From: an uncultured Oscillospiraceae bacterium
GTDB taxonomy: Bacteria; Bacillota; Clostridia; Christensenellales; CAG-314
DNA: 64,000 nt
Assembly (NCBI GenBank): GCA_964483825.1
Contig: CAZADD010000002.1
Span: 5,485-69,484, forward strand
Direction: 5' to 3'
How positions within the stretch are numbered: position 1 is the stretch's first letter; the number at the start of each line of letters is the position of its first letter. Of this stretch, positions 51,818 through 59,656 are shown one piece after another. The translations under genes and the position numbers were made by a program. The notes beneath the pieces were generated by a model that saw only the letters and a program-made list of their open reading frames with translations, was not told the origin of the DNA and searched no databases.

Positions 51818-52969
51818 ATGAAAGTTATTATCGTTCGTTATTCCGAAATTCATTTGAAAGGCAACAACAAGGAGTATTTTGAAAGTGCCCTTATTTCCAA
51901 CTTGAAATTTGCTTTGAAAGATTTCAAATTCGATTTTGCGCGCAGCAACGCTCGCTACGTTATTCGCAACTTCGACGAATCGCTCTTGCCGCAGCTTATC
52001 GATGTTATCAAAAACGTGTTTGGCGTGCACTCGCTAAGCGTTGCGGAAGAAGTACCATCCAACTACCAAGATATTCAACGTGCCGCATTGGCAGTAGCGC
52101 CCGCAAGCGGTTCTTTCAAGGTTAATACCAACCGTGCCGATAAGCGTTTCCCCATGAAATCCATGCAACTCTCGGCTGAAATCGGTGGCGACATTTTGGA
52201 GCAAAACAGCAAACTTACCGTCGATTTACACAATCCGCAAGCTGTTGTCAATATCGATATTCGTGAAAACGGCAAAACTTTTGTGTTCAGAGATATCATC
52301 AAGGGCGTGAACGGTATGCCCGTTGGTACCGGCGGTAAAGCAATTGCAATGCTTTCGGGCGGTATCGATAGCCCCGTTGCAGTGTATCTTATGGCAAAGC
52401 GTGGAATGACCATTCGTGCCGTACATTTTCACAGTTTCCCCTATACAAGCATGCAAGCACGCCAAAAGGTGCTGGATCTTGCCAAAATCGTTAAAAAGTA
52501 CACCTTGCACATGACCGTTGATGTGGTAAGTTTCACTGAAATTCAAACGGAAATTCACGAAAAATGCCCCGAAGAATATATGATCACAATTATGCGCCGT
52601 TTCATGATGCGCATTGCCGAGCGTTTGGCTAAGTCAAACGGTGCCGGCGCAGTGATAACCGGCGAAAGTTTGGGGCAAGTTGCAAGCCAAACTTTGGAAA
52701 GTATCACTAGCACAAATTCCGTTGCTACGTTACCCGTTTTCCGTCCGCTTATTGGCTTCGATAAGGACGATATCATCGAAATTTCCGAAAAAATCGGCAC
52801 CTACGAAACGTCCATTCTTCCCTACGAAGATTGTTGCACAATTTTCTTGCCCAAACGCCCCGTTACGAAACCTCGCCTATCAACCGTGGAAAAAATCGAG
52901 AGTGTTTTGGACGTTGAAACGCTTGTAAACAATGCGCTAGCAAATGTGGAAACAATTGTTATTGACTAA
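51818..52969 (+). CDS. thiI: tRNA 4-thiouridine(8) synthase (no rhodanese domain)
   Basis: THUMP N-domain and PP-loop 'LSGGIDSPVA'. 383 aa. Confidence 0.95.
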   Translation: MKVIIVRYSEIHLKGNNKEYFESALISNLKFALKDFKFDFARSNARYVIRNFDESLLPQLIDVIKNVFGVHSLSVAEEVPSNYQDIQRAALAVAPASGSFKVNTNRADKRFPMKSMQLSAEIGGDILEQNSKLTVDLHNPQAVVNIDIRENGKTFVFRDIIKGVNGMPVGTGGKAIAMLSGGIDSPVAVYLMAKRGMTIRAVHFHSFPYTSMQARQKVLDLAKIVKKYTLHMTVDVVSFTEIQTEIHEKCPEEYMITIMRRFMMRIAERLAKSNGAGAVITGESLGQVASQTLESITSTNSVATLPVFRPLIGFDKDDIIEISEKIGTYETSILPYEDCCTIFLPKRPVTKPRLSTVEKIESVLDVETLVNNALANVETIVID

Positions 52970-52988
52970 TTGCATTATGCCCACTTGT

Positions 52989-53012
52989 TTCGTTCGTTAA
53001 CGAACGAATTTT
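52989..53012 (+). terminator. Terminator of thiI (20-bp perfect palindrome plus T run)
   Basis: ttcgttcgttaacgaacgaa (52989-53008) followed by tttt. Confidence 0.6.
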
Positions 53013-53043
53013 CGGTGCGAAAATTAACTTCATCTACAAAAGT

Positions 53044-53071
53044 AAAAAGGAGCTCACCTGGGCTCCTTTTC
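53044..53071. terminator. Possible bidirectional terminator between convergent thiI and the GH2 gene
   Basis: aaaaaggagc / gctcctttt stem with an A run on one side and a T run on the other. Confidence 0.5.
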
Positions 53072-53267
53072 TAATTATCAAATATTTTTTTAACTTCTAA
53101 AATTTAATTCAAAACTAGTTGTGACGAATTAAAACGCTTCAATGCCAAACGGTTTGCAACAGATGGTGTTTTAAGTGAATGCGCCACAACGTTTATTGTC
53201 GAAACATTATTTTTAACCGTTTCAAGGCGCTTTTGCCGGTTGTCAACATTTTTTTCATTAGTTAATT

Positions 53268-55163
53268 TTATTTTTGCCAATTTTTCGTATTCGTGTTTTG
53301 AAGAGTGTAACGCTTGTCCTTTTTCGTCACGTGTTCAAAAGTTGCTTCATCGTGCAATTCGCCACAACGAACAGTAATATTGTTAACCTTTTGCATGGGA
53401 ACGATGAATTCAAAAACCTTGTCGCAAGTTTTTGTCGCAATCACTTGTCCGTCCACAAGCAGTTCCAAGGTGGGGCAGTTGCTGTAAGCTTTAATTTTCA
53501 ATTTCTTGCCCGTGCGGCGCTCAAATCTTTTGCCACACAAGTGAACGAACGGCTCGTTGCTCCAATATGCTTTGTAAAGGTAGAATGCATCTTTTTTCAG
53601 TTGACGGTCGTAGGTTACAAGTCCTTTGTGGTTCATGCCCGGCTCTCCGCCTTGGTTTCTTGCATCGGCGGCAAAATCGAACATGTTCCAAACGTTAGTC
53701 GTCCACAAGTAGGTGGTGTGTTGGAAAAATTTCAGCATATATTCGTGATATAAGCATTGATATTCTTCCGTGTTGTCTCCGCGTTTGGGGCGAATGCTGT
53801 GCAAGTTTGGCATACTTTCCGCTCCGTATTCCGAAAGTCCAATCGGTCTGTTCGGAAAACGCTTTCTAAAGTACCAAAACCAAAGGTCGTTCAACCAAAA
53901 GAAGGGCACGTACCATCCCAAATATAAGTTCCATGCCACAACGTCCGTCAAGTGAGCAACTTTGTTGCCCGGTGCGCACATGGAATAGCATGCAAGAGTC
54001 ACAAGCCTTGTTTTATCCAAACTGTGGCAAAGGTCATTTAGTTTCACGTGTTGAGCCAGCATATCCTTTTTGTGCTTGCCAAACATAGTGATTTCATTGG
54101 AAATTCCCCACACAACAATGGAAGGATGGTTGTATTGTTGGTTCACCAGTTCGGTGATTTGCAATTCCGTGTTGTCGTTGGCTTGTGGCATATGACGGGA
54201 AATGTAGGGAATTTCCGCCCACACGACAAGTCCGTTTTTGTCGCACAAGTCGTAGAAGTAATCGTCATGCTGATAGTGCGCCAGTCGCACTGTGTTTGCA
54301 CCTATTTCTTTTATAAGTTGCATGTCCTCTTCGTGGTCGCAAGTTTCCAAAGCGTATCCCTTACCCTTTCTGTCTTGGTGCCGGCACACACCTCGCAACG
54401 GGTAACTTTCACCGTTCAAAAAGAAGCCGTCTTTTGTCACTTCGAAGGTACGGAAGCCAAACGCCGTTGAAATTTCGTCGCACAACGTACCGTCACGGTA
54501 CACTGCTGCAGTTGCAGTGTAGGTGTACGGATCTTTCAATCCGTGCCACAAACGTGGATTTTGAACAGTCAGTTGCGGCGTATCGCCTTGAGCAACTAGT
54601 GTTTCACCGTCAAAAATGCTGTAAACGGCATTGCCTTCCCCAATTATTTGTACGGAAAATTCCACGTTCCACTTGTCTTCATCCTGCTTTGTGGGGGTAA
54701 CTTTTAATCCGTTGCTTCCGCCAAAATCGGGGTTGAAGTGGGTTGAATGTGCAAGTATTAAATTAACGTCACGGTATAGTCCGCCAAAAAAGGTGAAATC
54801 TGCCGTTTGAGGATATACGTTTTCGTTTTTGGAGTTGTCAACTTCAATTGTTATTTCGTTTTCTTCCTTCAAAAATTGTGTTACATTCACGCGAAAAGCC
54901 GAAAATCCGCCTTGGTGGGTCGCAACGAGTTGTTCGTTTACAAAAACTTTGGCGGTGGAGTTGGCTCCTTTAATTTCTAGGTACACAACGTCGGCGTCAG
55001 GTTTCACCAATGTCTTTTTGTACCAATGAGTAGCTCTGCGGTAGTTGTCGCCACCTGTGCAGCCGTCTTCGCTGTTCCATGTGTGGGGCAAATTTATTTT
55101 TTCCACATTGCCGTCGAAATCGCTAAACAGCCAGTTATCGTTAATATTTTGAACAGTTTTCAT
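53268..55163 (-). CDS. Glycoside hydrolase family 2 enzyme, probable beta-glucuronidase
   Basis: 'NDNWLF', 'LPHTWN', acid/base-like 'WGISNE', nucleophile-like 'LSEYGAES', and 'GMNHKGLVTYDR' carrying an N-x-K motif. Adjacent to uxuAB-eda-kdgK and a GPH symporter. Confidence 0.8.
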   Translation of the reverse strand: MKTVQNINDNWLFSDFDGNVEKINLPHTWNSEDGCTGGDNYRRATHWYKKTLVKPDADVVYLEIKGANSTAKVFVNEQLVATHQGGFSAFRVNVTQFLKEENEITIEVDNSKNENVYPQTADFTFFGGLYRDVNLILAHSTHFNPDFGGSNGLKVTPTKQDEDKWNVEFSVQIIGEGNAVYSIFDGETLVAQGDTPQLTVQNPRLWHGLKDPYTYTATAAVYRDGTLCDEISTAFGFRTFEVTKDGFFLNGESYPLRGVCRHQDRKGKGYALETCDHEEDMQLIKEIGANTVRLAHYQHDDYFYDLCDKNGLVVWAEIPYISRHMPQANDNTELQITELVNQQYNHPSIVVWGISNEITMFGKHKKDMLAQHVKLNDLCHSLDKTRLVTLACYSMCAPGNKVAHLTDVVAWNLYLGWYVPFFWLNDLWFWYFRKRFPNRPIGLSEYGAESMPNLHSIRPKRGDNTEEYQCLYHEYMLKFFQHTTYLWTTNVWNMFDFAADARNQGGEPGMNHKGLVTYDRQLKKDAFYLYKAYWSNEPFVHLCGKRFERRTGKKLKIKAYSNCPTLELLVDGQVIATKTCDKVFEFIVPMQKVNNITVRCGELHDEATFEHVTKKDKRYTLQNTNTKNWQK

Positions 55164-55188
55164 ATTTTCTCCGTTTTAATAAACAAAA

Positions 55189-55216
55189 TCGGATAGCCGT
55201 GTTTACAAGTCTATCC
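55189..55216 (-). terminator. Hairpin plus U tract between araC and the GH2 gene (minus strand)
   Basis: Minus strand reads cggatag-N14-ctatccg followed by attttgtttatt. It abuts a TATAAT (55223-55218) and ends 13 nt before the GH2 start. Confidence 0.4.
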
Positions 55217-55309
55217 GAATTATATGATAACTTAATGCCGTTTGGAAAGCAATTGCATTTTTTTTACAAAACTATTGCAAAAAACACTTTTTTTTGAACG
55301 CTGTTACAC

Positions 55310-56086
55310 TTACATTGTGTTTTTGTTTGTTGGTGCATGCCCGATAATTTTCACGTAGGCGCGGTAGAAGGTGGAATAATCCTTGAAATCGAACATTTCG
55401 GCAACCGCAGATTTTTTCTCGCCGGCCAATATCATTTGGTGGGCGGCAATAATTTTCTTGTGTCGCACATACTGCATAATGGGAATTTTCATTATGTGTT
55501 TGAATTCGTTGGAGATGTACGATTTGGAAAAATTGAACTGTTTGCTCAGCGTTTCAATCGAAATGGAAGATTGCAAGTTCTCGTCGATGTATTGCGTCAG
55601 TTGTGCAATAAAACCGTTGCTGTTTGTTGCTGTTTCGTTGTTTTCTTTGCACAGCAAAATAAGCAACTTTGTCAACTCGCACGTGAACAGCGTGTAAATT
55701 TCTTCGTCGGCAAAGTTTGCGTGATAAGAATCCAACTGGCTGAATAGCAACGAGTACTTTTTCACGTTGCCGAAAAAGCAGTTTTGCTGTTTTAGCCGTG
55801 GAATTAGCCACCGCGGCAAAACCGAATCGGGAAATTTCAAGACGTACCGATCGTACCGACACTTGTCGTTTACTTGCGCAAAGTGATATTTGCCCGGACG
55901 TATTAAAATAAGGTCCCCTTCTTGCAAAAACTTGGATTCCGATTCCACGTTGTACTTCACATCTCCTTCAATAAAGTACAAAAGCTCGTTAAAGGGGTGC
56001 AAGTGTTTGTTATAGTCGTTTTCCGGTTCGCTGGCTTTGCCCAATTTGTGTGCAAAGTCAATATTATTGTAGGTGAAATTAAACAT
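55310..56086 (-). CDS. AraC-family transcriptional regulator (cupin sensor plus HTH)
   Basis: Starts at 'MFNFTYNN' (ATG 56086). Cupin 'HPFNELLYFIEGD..Y', C-terminal double HTH 'LSKQFNFSKSYISNEFK...FDFKDYSTFYRAY'. The ORF-track frame extends to 56599, but that part is rejected. Confidence 0.85.
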   Translation of the reverse strand: MFNFTYNNIDFAHKLGKASEPENDYNKHLHPFNELLYFIEGDVKYNVESESKFLQEGDLILIRPGKYHFAQVNDKCRYDRYVLKFPDSVLPRWLIPRLKQQNCFFGNVKKYSLLFSQLDSYHANFADEEIYTLFTCELTKLLILLCKENNETATNSNGFIAQLTQYIDENLQSSISIETLSKQFNFSKSYISNEFKHIMKIPIMQYVRHKKIIAAHQMILAGEKKSAVAEMFDFKDYSTFYRAYVKIIGHAPTNKNTM

Positions 56087-56351
56087 GCACACATTATAAC
56101 AGCATTTTTGCGATTGTACAAGCATTTGTAGAAATTTTGCAATATAATTCAATAAATTTTGCAATGGCACACAACTACGATGCTGTGGTATAATTTGACA
56201 GAATAAAATGACAAGTTGTCGACTTCTGTCAAAAACGTCTTGTTTTTGCTGTTTTTGCTCATAAAAATTGGCCAAATTTGCAAAAATTTGCACTTTTTCA
56301 ACAAAGTCGAAATTTGTGGAGGTTAAAACGGACAGCCAAAAGGAAACAAAC

Positions 56352-56617
56352 ATGTTGTATAAAACTGGTCGGAAGATGATCTTGATGCGGATTACAAGGC
56401 AGCAAGAGATGCCGTAACCGGATTTGTTGCAACAATCGGCGATAACCTCAATTTGACGTTTGCTCTTGAAAAGGGAAATGCTGTAACATCGTTCTTTATG
56501 TTTGGATATGACAGCAATAAAACGGTAATCACTGGTTTCGGTCTTGTACAGGGCGGAGTTATTCCTTCTGACGTTGCAGCTCTTATTGAAGCCGCTCAAT
56601 TGGCAATGAGTAAGTAA
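56352..56617 (+). pseudogene. Frameshifted or start-less small ORF (about 88 aa if repaired), unknown family
   Basis: ATG 56352, 8 nt after AAGGA, opens a 21-codon frame. An 84-codon stop-free frame (56363-56614, '..NWSEDDLDADYKAARDAVTGFVATIG...LIEAAQLAMSK*') follows in another phase with no start of its own. One extra A in the A4 run (56361-56364) would fuse them. Confidence 0.35.
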
Positions 56618-56744
56618 TCATATTTTTTCTCTGCAAATTCCTCCCCGACAATTTCGTCGGGGAGAAGGATTTGCAACCATACAAGTGCGCAATGCACTTT
56701 TTCGACAACGCATTGCAGACTTGTGAAAGTCTACAGGAGTTTAT

Positions 56745-57872
56745 ATGAAAAGAAAACTTTGTTTGGCGCTTTGCGCTTTGTTTGCAATCAGTTGCTGTTT
56801 GTGCTTGGCGGCGTGCGGTGGCGAAACCATTGTTTTGTACGTCTATTCACAGCCGTTGGATATCCACACGGAACTGCAAAACTACTACTTGGAGTTTATG
56901 TTCAACGAAGGGTATTCGCCGGATGCGGACGTGGATGAAGTGAAAGGTACGGCAGATTTATCCAAACCGCTTGCTGTCACTTTGAAATGGACGGATAAGA
57001 AAAACGGCGACAATTTCACGGTGGAAATTTCAGAAACGGTAGATTTTGCTCAAAAGCAAACCTTTTCCGCAAGCACCGACAGTTTGGAGGTTTATAACCT
57101 CAAAATTGCAACCACTTATTTTTGGAAGGTGTTGTGTGGCGAAAGAAGTTCAGCTGTTGGCACATTTTCCACGGCGGAAAACGGACCGCGCAACATTTAT
57201 TGGGACGGCGTTACAAACGTTCGAGATATAGGTGGATGGATGACTATCGGTGGCAAACGTATCAAACAAGGCTTGCTGTATCGCAGTGCAAGGCTGAACG
57301 CAAGTTATGCACCGGGGAAAGAATCTTCCAAAACAGAACCGAACGAAGTCATATCTGAAATCACGGCTTTGGGGGGCGCGCAAGCAAAGGTTTTGGGAAT
57401 CAAAACGGAAGTAGATTTTCGCTTGGACAACCGCAATGGCTATCCTGCAGGTGTGGAATGTTACAGCATGATAGACGGCGTCACCTACGTAGCGTTGCCC
57501 ATGAACGGCAATGCGGCGGCAACAGGCGACAACGCCGCACAAATAAAAACGCTGATGGAAATGCTTGCAGATGAAAGCAACTATCCATTGGTGTATCACT
57601 GCAACATCGGCACCGATAGAACAGGACTTGTTTCCTACCTTTTGGGGGCTTTGTGCGGCATGAGTGAAGAAGATTTGCTCAAAGACTATTTGTTCAGCAA
57701 TTTTGGAAATATTGGCGAATTGAAATCTCCGTCAAACAGCAAAAATACCTTTTTCGGATTGCACGATTACGCCGGCGAAACGCTTCAACAGCGTGCGGAA
57801 GCGTACTTCGTCTCCATTGGCGTTGACGTGCAAACTTACACAGCCGTACGCAACATTTTGTTGGGTAAATAA
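56745..57872 (+). CDS. Lipoprotein with an N-terminal Ig/FN3-like domain and a Cys-based tyrosine/dual-specificity phosphatase domain
   Basis: Lipobox 'CLAA|CGG', 'NVRDIGG', 'LYRSARL', and CX5R active site 'HCNIGTDRTG' (Y_phosphatase3-type pattern). Confidence 0.8.
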   Translation: MKRKLCLALCALFAISCCLCLAACGGETIVLYVYSQPLDIHTELQNYYLEFMFNEGYSPDADVDEVKGTADLSKPLAVTLKWTDKKNGDNFTVEISETVDFAQKQTFSASTDSLEVYNLKIATTYFWKVLCGERSSAVGTFSTAENGPRNIYWDGVTNVRDIGGWMTIGGKRIKQGLLYRSARLNASYAPGKESSKTEPNEVISEITALGGAQAKVLGIKTEVDFRLDNRNGYPAGVECYSMIDGVTYVALPMNGNAAATGDNAAQIKTLMEMLADESNYPLVYHCNIGTDRTGLVSYLLGALCGMSEEDLLKDYLFSNFGNIGELKSPSNSKNTFFGLHDYAGETLQQRAEAYFVSIGVDVQTYTAVRNILLGK

Positions 57873-57874
57873 AA

Positions 57875-58545
57875 TTGGAACGTCACTCTAGAAAAACTAA
57901 AACGCTTGCAAAGTTTTGTTTATTGCTAGTTGTTCCAGTGCTGTTCGCATTTTGCGGTTGCAGTGAAAACGAGCGTTGGCGCAACGTCCGTTTTGCAGTG
58001 GGTACCCGGCACCAGCTATTTCAACGAGGTCGTTCGCAGATTGAACGCTTGTTTGGACTATTTGGAACAAAACAATGTTGAAGTTGGCACGTGTTCATGG
58101 TGTGGTGTCAAGGTGAAAGCGACAAATCTAACTGGAAAAACGGCAATTTCGATTATTTCGGCTACGTGAAATCCATTGTGGACGGTTTGCAAGACGTGGT
58201 GACGGTAGGGGAATTTCCAAGTGCTCTATCGTTACGCCTAGCGAGTACGCAAAGGGCGCTCTTGATGCAACTAAAAACGACTTGGTGAACCACATCATTC
58301 AAGATACGCTTGCAGACGACGATTTTGTGCTAGCATCGAAGAAGTTCCGCAATGTTCCCGATCATATGCGTGACGATCCGCACTTCCGTCAAGGTATCTA
58401 CAACGTGACGGGCTACGATGCAGGATAAAACACAGCGGAATATTTTTTGACAGGTATTCAACCCGATTGCAAAGAATTTATTCTCGGTGAGGACGTAACG
58501 TTGGCTGAAAAATTCGGTATCACGCCAACGTATACTTCCATTTAA
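57875..58545 (+). pseudogene. Decayed SGNH / sialate-O-acetylesterase-like lipoprotein gene
   Basis: The lipoprotein signal 'LLLVVPVLFAFCGCSE' and family-like segments 'WCQGESD', 'CSIVTPSEYA' and 'DDPHF' are spread over three reading frames. There is also an in-frame TAA at 58426-58428. Confidence 0.7.
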
Positions 58546-58571
58546 CAAAAGTTAAGGGGCAAAAATAAAAA

Positions 58572-59603
58572 ATGAAAATGACTTTTCGTTGGTACGGCAA
58601 GAACGATTGTCTACCGGTACAGTACATAAAACAAATTCCCGGTGTAAGCGGTGTGGTAACGGCCGTGTACGATGTTCCCGTTGGGCAAGTTTGGAGAGAA
58701 AGCGCCATTGCCGAACTAAAAAAGCAATGTGACGAAGCGCATTTGGAAATGGAGGTTATCGAATCCGTTCCCGTGCACGAAGATATCAAACTGGGCAAAC
58801 CTACTCGCGACGCACTTATAGCAAACTACGCCCAAACAATAAGAAATTTGGGGAAATTCGGCGTTAAGTGCATTTGTTACAACTTTATGCCCGTGTTGGA
58901 TTGGTTGCGCACGGATTTGAAGCGTGTTGCGGACGACGGCAGCACAAGTTTAAGCTACAATCATCAAATTTCAACTTCGTTAGACCCGAAAAACTTGCAT
59001 TTACCCGGCTGGGCCGAAAGTTATTCGTCGGAACAACTCAGCGAGTTGATTGACGAGTATAAATCGGTATCACACACTCAACTTTTTGAAAATTTAATCT
59101 ACTTTTTGAACGGTATTATGCCGGCTTGTGACGAAACAGGCATAAACATGGCAATTCACCCCGACGATCCGCCGTGGGATATGTTTGGATTGCCGCGCAT
59201 TATCACTTGTCGCGAAAGTTACGTTAAACTTTTTGACGCAGTGCCAAACAAGCACAACGGAATAACCTTTTGCACCGGTAGTTTAGGCGCTGGTCGTTTC
59301 AACAATTTGCCGGAAATGGCTGCGGAATTTGCCGATAGAATCTACTTTGCGCACATTCGTCAGTTGAAGTACGTCGGTGAAAAAGATTTTTACGAAGCAG
59401 GGCACCGCACTGCGGACGGCGACTTGAATATTGGCGAAATAGTAAAACAGTTGGTTCAACACGGTTTCGATGGCTATGTGCGTCCCGATCATGGTCGCAA
59501 CGTTTGGGGCGAGGACGGAAAACCAGGCTACGGTTTGTTTGATAGGGCGTTAGGCGTAACCTATTTGAACGGCTTGTTTGAAGCGTTTGAACAATCAAAG
59601 TAA
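58572..59603 (+). CDS. uxuA: Mannonate dehydratase
   Basis: 'MKMTFRWYG..D.V....I.QIPGV.GVV' N-terminus and 'HPDDPPW..FGLPRI'. Confidence 0.95.
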   Translation: MKMTFRWYGKNDCLPVQYIKQIPGVSGVVTAVYDVPVGQVWRESAIAELKKQCDEAHLEMEVIESVPVHEDIKLGKPTRDALIANYAQTIRNLGKFGVKCICYNFMPVLDWLRTDLKRVADDGSTSLSYNHQISTSLDPKNLHLPGWAESYSSEQLSELIDEYKSVSHTQLFENLIYFLNGIMPACDETGINMAIHPDDPPWDMFGLPRIITCRESYVKLFDAVPNKHNGITFCTGSLGAGRFNNLPEMAAEFADRIYFAHIRQLKYVGEKDFYEAGHRTADGDLNIGEIVKQLVQHGFDGYVRPDHGRNVWGEDGKPGYGLFDRALGVTYLNGLFEAFEQSK

Positions 59604-59656
59604 CATTTTGCACATTTTTGCCCGAAATTCGGGTGTGATGAATATAGGAAGTGAAT

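Noticed and set aside
53072-53267. 21-aa minus-strand ORF (MKKMLTTGKSALKRLKIMFRQ) right after the GH2 stop
   Set aside because: No SD and no known family. It is most likely 3' UTR upstream of the 53044-53071 terminator.
56087-56599. 171-codon N-terminal extension of the araC-family ORF (the track gives 55310-56599)
   Set aside because: The family N-terminus (cupin domain) begins at MFNFTYNN (ATG 56086). The extension has odd composition and is antisense to a more protein-like + strand frame and promoter elements.
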